From: Candidatus Heimdallarchaeota archaeon
GTDB lineage: Archaea > Asgardarchaeota > Heimdallarchaeia > Heimdallarchaeales > Kariarchaeaceae
Length of the DNA: 32,000 bases
Assembly (NCBI GenBank): GCA_030149205.1
Contig: JASBSB010000001.1
Span: forward strand, 480,001-512,000
Direction of reading: 5' to 3'
Positions 9,606 through 17,844 of the stretch are shown here, piece by piece (positions within the stretch are counted from its first letter, which is position 1; each line of letters starts with the position of its first letter). Under the pieces are notes generated by a model. It was not told where the DNA came from. It saw only the letters and a list, made by a program, of their open reading frames with translations, and searched no databases. The position numbers were made by a program, and so were the translations under genes.

Positions 9606-10160
9606 TTACAAGTTAAACATCGATTCAGCCTGATTAAATATTTTTTTTAAAGCTGGGTGAGTGATATATTTCTTAGCTGTTATCAAGAAATCATACGTCC
9701 TTTCATCTCGGGAACTTTGGTAGTATACTAAAGCTTGTAACACCATTTCAAGTTTATCGATCTGCTGTACTAAACGTGCTTCGGGTGAAGATTTGTTAAG
9801 ATATTCAACTATAAGTTGTTGTAATGAAATTGAGGTCGTAATAGACTCAGGGAGAATCTTATTGAGTGAGTTCAATTCGAGTTTATCCTTATCTGCCTTT
9901 AGTTTTAAATTCTGTTGTCCAGAGGTCTCCCAAACAACATCACCGATTTCAACTTCTGCAAGATCGTGTAAAACTGCCAGTTGTAAGAGTTTACACTGAT
10001 CCAATCCATCAAACTCATCTTTGAGTAGGAGAATCAATAATGTCATCATGTAAGAGTGATCAGAAACACTTTCAACAGAAGTCAACCCAATACGTCTCCA
10101 ACCTTCGCGTTTCACATTTTTTATAGAATACAAATTTAAAATAGCATCAAGCTTACGCAT
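9606..10160 (-). CDS. HD-domain hydrolase (YfbR/HDDC2-like 5'-deoxynucleotidase)
   Basis: KNVKREGW, ESVSDHSY, HDLAE..GD and DKLEM..QA..Y motifs. Confidence 0.85.
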   Translation of the reverse strand: MRKLDAILNLYSIKNVKREGWRRIGLTSVESVSDHSYMMTLLILLLKDEFDGLDQCKLLQLAVLHDLAEVEIGDVVWETSGQQNLKLKADKDKLELNSLNKILPESITTSISLQQLIVEYLNKSSPEARLVQQIDKLEMVLQALVYYQSSRDERTYDFLITAKKYITHPALKKIFNQAESMFNL

Positions 10161-10252
10161 ATAAATAGAGTTATATCTTGATTTATCAAGTGGTTTATTG
10201 ATTTTAGTACAAATTTATAATTTTCAAGGTTAAGTACAATTCGAAACTAGGT

Positions 10253-11416
10253 TCAAGACCGTGTTTTGATCTGCTCTAAATCCTGCTGAAGTCTCTCTGT
10301 CCTTTCAAGATTAAAGTCCAACACTGTATTTTTTATCTGTTCTTCTTTCAAAATAACTTTCTTACGAACATCTCTTGCGATTTGCATGATTTCCATTACT
10401 TTTGGAGAAAAGGGCAGACCCGCTAGTATGGCATTTAATGAGGGTTTCCCAATGGTTTTATACTCTTTTACTGAGTCCAATTTAATATATTTTAAGAAGG
10501 GTTTTTCGAGAAATGAATCTCTAAAACGGGTCGCTTCATAGCTATAATCAATGTTTTTGAATCCCTCCTTAAAAATTGAACAAAAGACCTTTTTAGATTT
10601 TAAGATTAATTCTTCAGGTAGATTTGTCTGTTCGATGACTGATTCAACCACCATATCCTTGTATCTGAAGTTTGTTTCACCACTGATAGATTCTTTTAAC
10701 TCTTTGTAAGTTATCACAGAGATTCCTGGTGTAAATAGAACCTCAAGCAGGTCTTGGTAACCCGCCTCAAAATCTGGTCTTACTGCTTCTTGGAATCCCG
10801 AGACAAATAAATTCGTAAGTCCTATCACAGTAGAATCCAAATTATAATCAACTGTCTCTGAAAAAGGAAGAGTATTTATCTCAGAGGGGGGATCATTATG
10901 AATTAAGATTAGATTGTTCCTAGTTGCAGTATCCGAGCCCGAAAGTTCGAATATAAGAGTGGAAATATTAAAATAAACCCTGGAACTCTCAAATTCCATA
11001 GGAAGGACAACTAAAATAGGGGGTATCTTGTTAAACTTTGTTTTGAGGATCTGACTTACCAGTAAAGTGGATGCTGTTCCTGTACCTCCACCTCCTGTAA
11101 TTATAAGAGTGATACCTTCTTTCTTTCCAAAGAGTTTCGATAATTCTCTTTCAATCTCCTCAGCATTCTCCAGAGCTGCTTCATAGGCCATGGATAAATT
11201 CCTTGCAAATCCTGCCTGGTTTTTGGTTATTTGAATCCTTCGAGAGTAGACTTCTCTTCCAGAATTAGAATGTTTTGAATTAATTGCCAAACTTTTCACA
11301 TTTATTTCTCCACCCTCTTGTATAGTGTGAATCATTTTTTCCCCAACTTTCTCTCCTATGTCTCCACATGCAATAATAGAAACATCAATATTTTTAGAAA
11401 ATAAATTAAACTTCAT
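10253..11416 (-). CDS. Divergent tubulin/FtsZ-superfamily GTPase, CetZ-like (paralog B)
   Basis: Motifs in the expected order: T1-like IIACGDIGEKVG, T2 LAINS, T3 AGFARNLSMA, T4 GGGGTGTA, T5 LPMEFE, T6 LIHND, T7-like FEAGYQDL, then a C-terminal LAGLPFSPKV..I..A helix. ATG 11416 follows an AGGTGA SD that overlaps the upstream stop; the ORF track starts at GTG 11425. Confidence 0.8.
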   Translation of the reverse strand: MKFNLFSKNIDVSIIACGDIGEKVGEKMIHTIQEGGEINVKSLAINSKHSNSGREVYSRRIQITKNQAGFARNLSMAYEAALENAEEIERELSKLFGKKEGITLIITGGGGTGTASTLLVSQILKTKFNKIPPILVVLPMEFESSRVYFNISTLIFELSGSDTATRNNLILIHNDPPSEINTLPFSETVDYNLDSTVIGLTNLFVSGFQEAVRPDFEAGYQDLLEVLFTPGISVITYKELKESISGETNFRYKDMVVESVIEQTNLPEELILKSKKVFCSIFKEGFKNIDYSYEATRFRDSFLEKPFLKYIKLDSVKEYKTIGKPSLNAILAGLPFSPKVMEIMQIARDVRKKVILKEEQIKNTVLDFNLERTERLQQDLEQIKTRS

Positions 11417-11425
11417 AATATTCAC

Positions 11426-12730
11426 CTAGCTGATTAGTTCTAATATCAATGGAATACCTCTCCAAGCATAGATCGTAAATAATGTTGAGAAGTAAAGCAA
11501 GCGGAACGGATTGATAGGGCTTGGTTTCATTCCGTGAATGTATTGTCGAATTATGAAAATGAATTGAAGGTCTGTCTGCAATTCTTTTTTCTTCCCCAGT
11601 GCAACATCAGTAATTTGTTCATAAATATAAGGATCTAATTCCATCAATGCTTTTTTACGGAACTTTCCCATATTGTTAGAGATCGTGATAATTGGTTTTA
11701 AAATCTGGCTAAATGAGAGGAGCAACGAGAACACCAATGCCCCTAATACTATATTTCGGATGATATTTATTTTAGTCAGAAGGATGGTAGGAGAACTTCC
11801 TAGGTTGAAAATATAAAATAAAGAAATTGGGGCGGTAATGAGTAAAACAAGAGAGTTTGACAGGAAAGTTGATGTAAGGAGCCCTTGTAAAGGAATGTCA
11901 CCAAGTGATTGAATTGATAATCCTGGTGTATCTGTTAAAACTTTGACCACCTCATAATTATTTTTTGACAGGATTGAATCATGTCCTTTATTGTAACCAC
12001 CTGCCCTTCTAGATATCTCATTTAACATTAAATTGTACAATTTTGAATTTGTTCTAACAAATATTAAAATTGAGAGGTTGATGTATATGACTATAAGTAC
12101 GCCTATGGAACCTATTAACCCAATTATTGAAGCAATGATAATATAGATGATATGAATTTTTAACATGAACATTATAAATAGAAACTCAACGTCTATCAGT
12201 ACTGTAATAAGAATGGAAATATAGAAAAGATTTTTTGAGAGTTTTTGACTATACATTTCGACAAATTGTGATTCAAAGACTTCTGCTATCCAGGGTGCTA
12301 ATTTATTTGATTGGATGGATTTGAATTTCTCATAAGTTGATCGAAAATATATCGGGCTATAAATTAACCCTGAAATTATAAGAATAGCTAAGAAGATAGC
12401 CACCCCTAAAGATTTCATTATGTAACCTGTCCAAATTAGTAGTCCAATATGGGTCATTGAAATAATCAATGGTAATAATATAAACAAATTTCGGTATGAG
12501 TTTTTTGACATAAAGAAGTACCCATTGACTGGGAGGTTTCGGAAAACATTGGGAAGCTTTAGAATGTTGCGAAATGGTGATTCCAATAAGTCTATTAAAT
12601 TTACGTATTGTGCATCTAAACCTTCGGGGGCTTCATTTTCAAATTTCTCTAAGAATGGTTCAAAACTGAATTGAATATCATTTGGTGTTTTTGGATTCGG
12701 AGTGGCATTGACAAATTTTTTTGTGTACAT
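11426..12730 (-). CDS. Uncharacterised polytopic membrane protein (about 6-7 TM helices)
   Basis: Several 20-30-aa hydrophobic stretches with soluble N-terminal, central and C-terminal loops. ATG 12730 follows a GAGGAG SD at the end of the upstream gene; the ORF track starts at 12769. Confidence 0.8.
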   Translation of the reverse strand: MYTKKFVNATPNPKTPNDIQFSFEPFLEKFENEAPEGLDAQYVNLIDLLESPFRNILKLPNVFRNLPVNGYFFMSKNSYRNLFILLPLIISMTHIGLLIWTGYIMKSLGVAIFLAILIISGLIYSPIYFRSTYEKFKSIQSNKLAPWIAEVFESQFVEMYSQKLSKNLFYISILITVLIDVEFLFIMFMLKIHIIYIIIASIIGLIGSIGVLIVIYINLSILIFVRTNSKLYNLMLNEISRRAGGYNKGHDSILSKNNYEVVKVLTDTPGLSIQSLGDIPLQGLLTSTFLSNSLVLLITAPISLFYIFNLGSSPTILLTKINIIRNIVLGALVFSLLLSFSQILKPIITISNNMGKFRKKALMELDPYIYEQITDVALGKKKELQTDLQFIFIIRQYIHGMKPSPINPFRLLYFSTLFTIYAWRGIPLILELIS

Positions 12731-12734
12731 TTTA

Positions 12735-14063
12735 TTAATCTCCTCTTCGAAGCCTAGCCGCCTCTGCATCTAGTTCTTCATTTAATTCACTCGCATCTTT
12801 TACATCAATTTCAGAGTTTACTTCTAACTTATCAATTTTAGGATTTCCCTTACTATAATTCGACCTCTCGATTTCTTTCTCTATCTGATGGACTCTAAAA
12901 TCTTCTGCATCTCTGAGAAGAACTCTTACTCTTTTTGGTGGTTCCAAACCTGACAATATTCCTGTAATTTCTGCACCTTCAGTCTCTTTTAGCAGATATT
13001 TTTGAAAGACGTCAATATTTTTAAAATGTTTGAAGATTTCAAAGTACATTTCACTACTAAAGAAGTTCTTCTCAGAAAACATCTGAACAAATCCTCGGGT
13101 AGCACTTTGTAAGCTAGTAGAAATTAAAGTTGACTTATCAAATTCTTCATACAAACTTTCACTTCCTAGTTTGTCAATCTTATCAACTTTCAGACCAAAA
13201 AAAGTCCCAATTCCTCTATAAACCTTGGTGGCTTCTAGAAGTTCATTCAAATCACTTGATACGCCATAACTCCTTTGCAATGTGCCAAGTAATAATTCAG
13301 AGAGAATTTTCCCTATTGAAGCGTTAATTCTCAATAGCAATGTTTCCTGAGAAAGTGCTCGATTTGCCTCAAAATAATGTTGATTATCAATTAACAGCAA
13401 ATTGCAATTTTCGGAACGATCAATTGGTGCAGAGTTAAGGCAATAAATACCATAGGCTGCTGTAAATTGAACAAGAGTTGGTTCGATCTCAAACGGTAAA
13501 ATCAGAACAGGGATTGGAGACTTTCCCAACTTTTTAAGTAACTTTACCAAAACTAGTCCTGCTCCTATTCCAGTACCTCCCGAACCCATAACTACAAACA
13601 CACTCTGATCTTCTAGTTGTTGGTCAAAGGCTTGGAAATATTCCGTAATCTTGACTTTAAGGGGTTCTATATCCTTAGTAAATAAACCCTCAGCTTTTTT
13701 AACCTGCTTTGCAGATGTGGAGACATTTGTTGAGTATTTGTAGATATAATCTAAATCTTGAGGATTTGTTGCAAAATCCCCCAAAAGTCCAACTCCCATT
13801 GACTTGTAACCTGGACAAAAATTTTTAATCGTGTGAGTGATCAAATTTACAATTTCAATCCCCGCACCACCGACCCCAATTATAGGCAGTTGGGGGTAAG
13901 GATAGAGCTGAACTTGAGATGGTTGTATAAAATTATATGACAAGAGGTCAGGTAATTTTGAATATAACTCGTCTTTAATCTTAATTTGTTCAAACATAGA
14001 TAAATTTGAGAGGGATATAACAGAACTCTGTGATTTTTTTCTTTGAAAGGGAAGTTGAACCAT
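12735..14063 (-). CDS. Divergent tubulin/FtsZ-superfamily GTPase, CetZ-like (paralog A)
   Basis: T1 IIGVGGAGIEIV, T4 GSGGTGIG, T5 LPFEIE, T6 LLIDNQ, T7 VSSDLNELL, C-terminal LSGLEPPKRV..L..A helix and an acidic tail. Likely start ATG 14063; the ORF track starts at TTG 14105. Confidence 0.82.
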   Translation of the reverse strand: MVQLPFQRKKSQSSVISLSNLSMFEQIKIKDELYSKLPDLLSYNFIQPSQVQLYPYPQLPIIGVGGAGIEIVNLITHTIKNFCPGYKSMGVGLLGDFATNPQDLDYIYKYSTNVSTSAKQVKKAEGLFTKDIEPLKVKITEYFQAFDQQLEDQSVFVVMGSGGTGIGAGLVLVKLLKKLGKSPIPVLILPFEIEPTLVQFTAAYGIYCLNSAPIDRSENCNLLLIDNQHYFEANRALSQETLLLRINASIGKILSELLLGTLQRSYGVSSDLNELLEATKVYRGIGTFFGLKVDKIDKLGSESLYEEFDKSTLISTSLQSATRGFVQMFSEKNFFSSEMYFEIFKHFKNIDVFQKYLLKETEGAEITGILSGLEPPKRVRVLLRDAEDFRVHQIEKEIERSNYSKGNPKIDKLEVNSEIDVKDASELNEELDAEAARLRRGD

Positions 14064-14082
14064 ACTTGTATCTTTCGTGATT

Positions 14083-14091
14083 TTTATTAAG
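14083..14091 (-). promoter_or_regulatory. TATA-like box for the tubulin-like operon
   Basis: CTTAATAAA on the minus strand about 20 nt upstream of ATG 14063, compatible with a leaderless transcript. The AT-rich background limits certainty. Confidence 0.3.
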
Positions 14092-14188
14092 ATTTTATGT
14101 GACAATACTTGACGATGAGTAATTTTTCTCTAATTGCTGTTCACAATTTACATTTATGTTCGAAATAATTCCTAGTGCAATAATTTAA

Positions 14189-14196
14189 TTTAATAA
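14189..14196 (+). promoter_or_regulatory. TATA-like box for pyk
   Basis: TTTAATAA ending 23 nt before ATG 14220 with no SD, typical leaderless archaeal spacing. Confidence 0.35.
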
Positions 14197-14219
14197 GAAT
14201 TGATATCTTTGGTACTCCA

Positions 14220-15653
14220 ATGACAAACTCTCATCAGAAAAAAGCCAGCATCATTGGCACTATTGGTCCAACATCAATAGATAAAGGAGTATTAGAAGAT
14301 CTTTTCCATCATGGTTTAGATATTACAAGAATCAATCTTTCTCATGGTGATCAAGCTACTGCCAAAAAATGGTTTGAAACTATTAGGTCAGTTGATGATA
14401 CTGTTCCAATAATGTTTGATTTGTCTGGCCCCAAGATGAGAATCGGAGAAATTAAATCAAAGTTAGTTCATTTAGTAACTGGGAACACTTTTGTCTTATC
14501 AAAAGAAAAAGTTAGTGGCACAGTAGAAAAAGTGGGTACAACATACCCAGAATTAATAGATTTGGCATCTGTTGGTAACACAATCTACCTTAATGATGGA
14601 TTAATCGAATTAAAGGTTAAAGAAAAAAGAGATGAGGAGCTAGTATGCAAAATCGTCAGAGGTGGTCCATTAAGTTCAAGAAAGGGGATTAATGCTCCTG
14701 AGGTACCCATAAAACTTTATGCGCCAACTGATAAGGATATTAAGGACATTGAATTCACTAAAGAATTAGAACCTGATTTTTATTCTGTTTCATTCGTCAG
14801 AAGGATTGAAGACCTGTTGAAGGTCAGAGGCATGCTATCAGATATGTCGTATCAGCCACCCTTAATAAGTAAAATCGAACACTCAGATGGTGTAAGAAAC
14901 TTTGATGAGATTCTAAAAGTTACTGATGTGGTGATGGTTGCACGAGGTGATCTTGGTGTTGAACTCGACCCTGCTGATATCCCGCTATTACAAAAGAAGC
15001 TGATTAAAAAATGTAACCAGGTTGGTAAACCAGTGATTGTCGCAACACAGATGCTCGAAACTATGGTCAGTTCTCCTCGCCCAACCAGGGCAGAAGCCTC
15101 AGATGTGGCCAATGCGATCTTAGATGGTGCGGATACTGTCATGCTGAGTGCTGAAACTGCCACAGGAATGTATCCTGTTAAAGCGGTAGATGTCATGAGT
15201 AGGATCATCAAAAAAGTCCAGGGAAACGTAAATGCTTTGCAGGTTAAATTTGATCCCACACTGTCTCCAAAATGGGATGCTGTTGCAAACGCTGCAGTCA
15301 TCTTAGCGAATTCATTGAATGCGAAAGCAATCATTGCAAACACCAGATCTGGGGATACAGCCAGGGCAATCTCCAAATACAGGCCAACTCAACCAATAAT
15401 TTCGATAACCCCTGAACTCCATACTTTCAGGAAGCTAGCAATATACTGGGGAGTTGTTCCAGAACTTTTGGAACAGAATTACTCAGATACAGATGATATG
15501 ATAGCTGCTTCGATCAATCTGGCATTTAAAAAGGGGTATATTCAGAAAGATGACATTGTAGTGTCAGTAGCTGGTTCTTTATTGGGTCTCCCCTATACTA
15601 CCAACCTTGTTCAATACCACCTGGTTAGTGACATCTTAAATGCTAGAACCTAA
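14220..15653 (+). CDS. pyk: Pyruvate kinase
   Basis: IIGTIGP, RINLSHG, DLSGPKMRIG, SKIE, MVARGDLGVE and ATQMLETMVSSPRPTRAEASDVANAILDGADTVMLSAETA motifs. Confidence 0.97.
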   Translation: MTNSHQKKASIIGTIGPTSIDKGVLEDLFHHGLDITRINLSHGDQATAKKWFETIRSVDDTVPIMFDLSGPKMRIGEIKSKLVHLVTGNTFVLSKEKVSGTVEKVGTTYPELIDLASVGNTIYLNDGLIELKVKEKRDEELVCKIVRGGPLSSRKGINAPEVPIKLYAPTDKDIKDIEFTKELEPDFYSVSFVRRIEDLLKVRGMLSDMSYQPPLISKIEHSDGVRNFDEILKVTDVVMVARGDLGVELDPADIPLLQKKLIKKCNQVGKPVIVATQMLETMVSSPRPTRAEASDVANAILDGADTVMLSAETATGMYPVKAVDVMSRIIKKVQGNVNALQVKFDPTLSPKWDAVANAAVILANSLNAKAIIANTRSGDTARAISKYRPTQPIISITPELHTFRKLAIYWGVVPELLEQNYSDTDDMIAASINLAFKKGYIQKDDIVVSVAGSLLGLPYTTNLVQYHLVSDILNART

Positions 15654-15789
15654 TGTTTTACGTTTTTACAAAAAATTATTAATTCGATTAACTTCAGCAT
15701 TTGCATTATGATTTTTTGAAATTGAAATTCAAATACTATAAATAGCTTAATACATAAACTTTCTATGATATGCTAGGTGATGTACACCC

Positions 15790-17802
15790 GTGAGTTTTGA
15801 TGATAAAGAATTATTTGGAGAATTAGCCAACAAGATCGGTGCTGAGGATTTGACAGATCCAGGATTGTTATTAGAACGGGGAGATAAAGAAAAAGCAAAT
15901 TCAAACAATGCAACAGCACAATCATTTTTTGAAAAAGCATTAGCTGCATCTACAGCCAAAGCTGCAAGGTTGGAAGAGAGTAGCCAGTATCGATCAGCAG
16001 CAGAAATGAACTTTATCGGTGCAGAGGCAAACCTAAGACTTGGGAAGACTGAAGAAGCAATGGGGTTATATAACAAGGTCGGAGAACAATTACTAATTGC
16101 GGGAAAAAATTACATCGATATGTATAATGAGTACTTTGACGGAGTCCTCTGTGTAACCTTAGGAAGCTTAGTAAACATATTACAAGGTAAAATTGATGAG
16201 GCAAAGAGTGTTTATTTAGAATACATAAAGAAACTAGATGAAGCGGGAGAATCAGGAAAACTTCAGCAAGGTGGAGAAACTCTTAAACAGACTATTTGGT
16301 CGGTCGGGTATATCCTCAAAGCATTGCAAGATACAGATCATGAGGCTCTTCAAAATGCACAACAACTTATCTCAACCAATATCAAGCCGAATTTAATCAA
16401 AGCAAAACTATCTAAAATAGCACCGTTACTCGATCAAGTGGTCTCATACACGTTAAATTACTTTCAATCTCAAATCAAGCTACCAAAGATTACTCATAGC
16501 CTGACTCTCCCTAATGAGATGCTTCTAAATCAGATATTTGATATTAAGATGACGATTGGAAATACTGGAGAAGGGGACGCTTCAAATCTACATGTGACAT
16601 TTAATTTGCCAGAAGACTTTGAAATATTGGGTGGTAAAAAAGAGATTTCAATATCTCAAGTCCCTAAAAATACGCAGGAAGAGATTAATCTAAAACTGAG
16701 AATATTATCTTCAGATAGTGAAGACAAGGTGATTCCCTTCAATGGGAAAATTACTTATCAAGATATGCTCCAGAATGATTTGGTTTCATTTATTGGTCCT
16801 TTAGATCTAGAGATAAGAGCAAACAGCCAAAAGGATGAATTACAAAAGAAATTTACCGAAATTAAAGGAGCAATTGAATCTTTATTTCTAGAGGTAAAAG
16901 ACCAGAAATATCCAAATTCGTTTATTCAAAATCTAACCAATAAAATGAACAAAATATTTGAAACCACTGAGAGTGAATTAAGAGTTGAACATTTTGAAAC
17001 TGTTAAAGCAAATCTAAGTCAACTTACAAATGAAAAGGAATGGCTACAAGAACTTTTCAGAGGAAACTCAGGTAAGATGATTCAAGAAGAACTAAAATCT
17101 AGCAAGGAAAAATATGCCAATGAACGTGTTTCATCACGTGAATCTGAGCTACAATCTCAGTTTGACAAGACAAAGGAAGAGCTTATTTACACTAAAGAAA
17201 AAGAAAAGGATGCAGCTTTACTAAGTCTTAGAAATGAAATTGAGGAAAAAAACAAAAAATTGGTTGAAGGTAAAGAAAAAGAATTTGAAGAGAGATTGAA
17301 GGCAGAAGAGAAAAAATATGAGATTAAATTAAAACAGGTTGTAAATGAAACGAAGGAACGTCAGGCTCTAGAACACCAACAAAAAATTGAGGTTATTAAC
17401 AATAAAAACGAAGTTGGTATCCGTCAGATTCAAGAAGAATATCAAAATGATCTTAAGACAAAAGTTGAGGAAATTAAGAAGCAAGAGGATATAAAGTTAG
17501 AAGAAGAGCTCCGTAAACTTAAATCAGAACACTATGAAGAGTTACGTAAATTAGAAGCGAGCCTACAAGAAGAAAAGGAGTCTGAAATTCAAAACATGAA
17601 AGCACAACATGCAAATGAAATCGATGCTTTGAAAAATCAATATTCAAGTCAACATTCGTCAGATTTACAAGAAAAAATCAGCTTTGCCAAGGATGAGACA
17701 AAAGCTGAACTCACCAGACAATTCCAATTAAAGGAAGAAGAATACAAAAAGGAAATTGAAGGGTTAAAACACAGAATAGCCCAGTTGGAGAGTAATTTTT
17801 AA
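15790..17802 (+). CDS. Soluble multidomain protein: TPR/SNAP-like helical repeat (aa ~25-228), Ig-like/CARDB-type domain (aa ~231-343), long coiled coil (aa ~345-670)
   Basis: GTG start with AGGTGAT SD. Ala-rich helical repeats, then I..TIGNTGEGDASNL.V...LP..F and G.ITYQD beta pattern, then an E/K/Q-rich heptad region. No TM segment or signal peptide. Confidence 0.75.
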   Translation: MSFDDKELFGELANKIGAEDLTDPGLLLERGDKEKANSNNATAQSFFEKALAASTAKAARLEESSQYRSAAEMNFIGAEANLRLGKTEEAMGLYNKVGEQLLIAGKNYIDMYNEYFDGVLCVTLGSLVNILQGKIDEAKSVYLEYIKKLDEAGESGKLQQGGETLKQTIWSVGYILKALQDTDHEALQNAQQLISTNIKPNLIKAKLSKIAPLLDQVVSYTLNYFQSQIKLPKITHSLTLPNEMLLNQIFDIKMTIGNTGEGDASNLHVTFNLPEDFEILGGKKEISISQVPKNTQEEINLKLRILSSDSEDKVIPFNGKITYQDMLQNDLVSFIGPLDLEIRANSQKDELQKKFTEIKGAIESLFLEVKDQKYPNSFIQNLTNKMNKIFETTESELRVEHFETVKANLSQLTNEKEWLQELFRGNSGKMIQEELKSSKEKYANERVSSRESELQSQFDKTKEELIYTKEKEKDAALLSLRNEIEEKNKKLVEGKEKEFEERLKAEEKKYEIKLKQVVNETKERQALEHQQKIEVINNKNEVGIRQIQEEYQNDLKTKVEEIKKQEDIKLEEELRKLKSEHYEELRKLEASLQEEKESEIQNMKAQHANEIDALKNQYSSQHSSDLQEKISFAKDETKAELTRQFQLKEEEYKKEIEGLKHRIAQLESNF

Positions 17803-17844
17803 TAATTTTAATAGATATTAAGAGATAGGAGTATAATACTCGAT

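Noticed and set aside
9606-10160. HD hydrolase as a fourth member of the tubulin-like operon
   Set aside because: It is separated by 92 nt that contain its own TATA-like sequence, and the family is a common housekeeping nucleotidase. Linkage is unsupported without synteny data.
10177-10190. Palindrome CTTGAT-TT-ATCAAG upstream of the HD gene
   Set aside because: Palindromes with 6-bp arms are expected several times by chance in 32 kb of AT-rich DNA, and no second copy was seen.
10253-14063. Calling the pair true alpha/beta-tubulin, Atub, or canonical division FtsZ
   Set aside because: They lack tubulin-specific motifs (MREI, GxCGNQ, GNNWAKG) and the FtsZ GAGxNPxxG and NxDFAD consensus. Only superfamily-level, CetZ-like assignment is supportable.
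16819-17802. Long coiled coil as SMC/Rad50 or a repeat array
   Set aside because: There are no Walker motifs, hinge or zinc hook, and no DNA-level tandem repeat, only E/K-biased codons.
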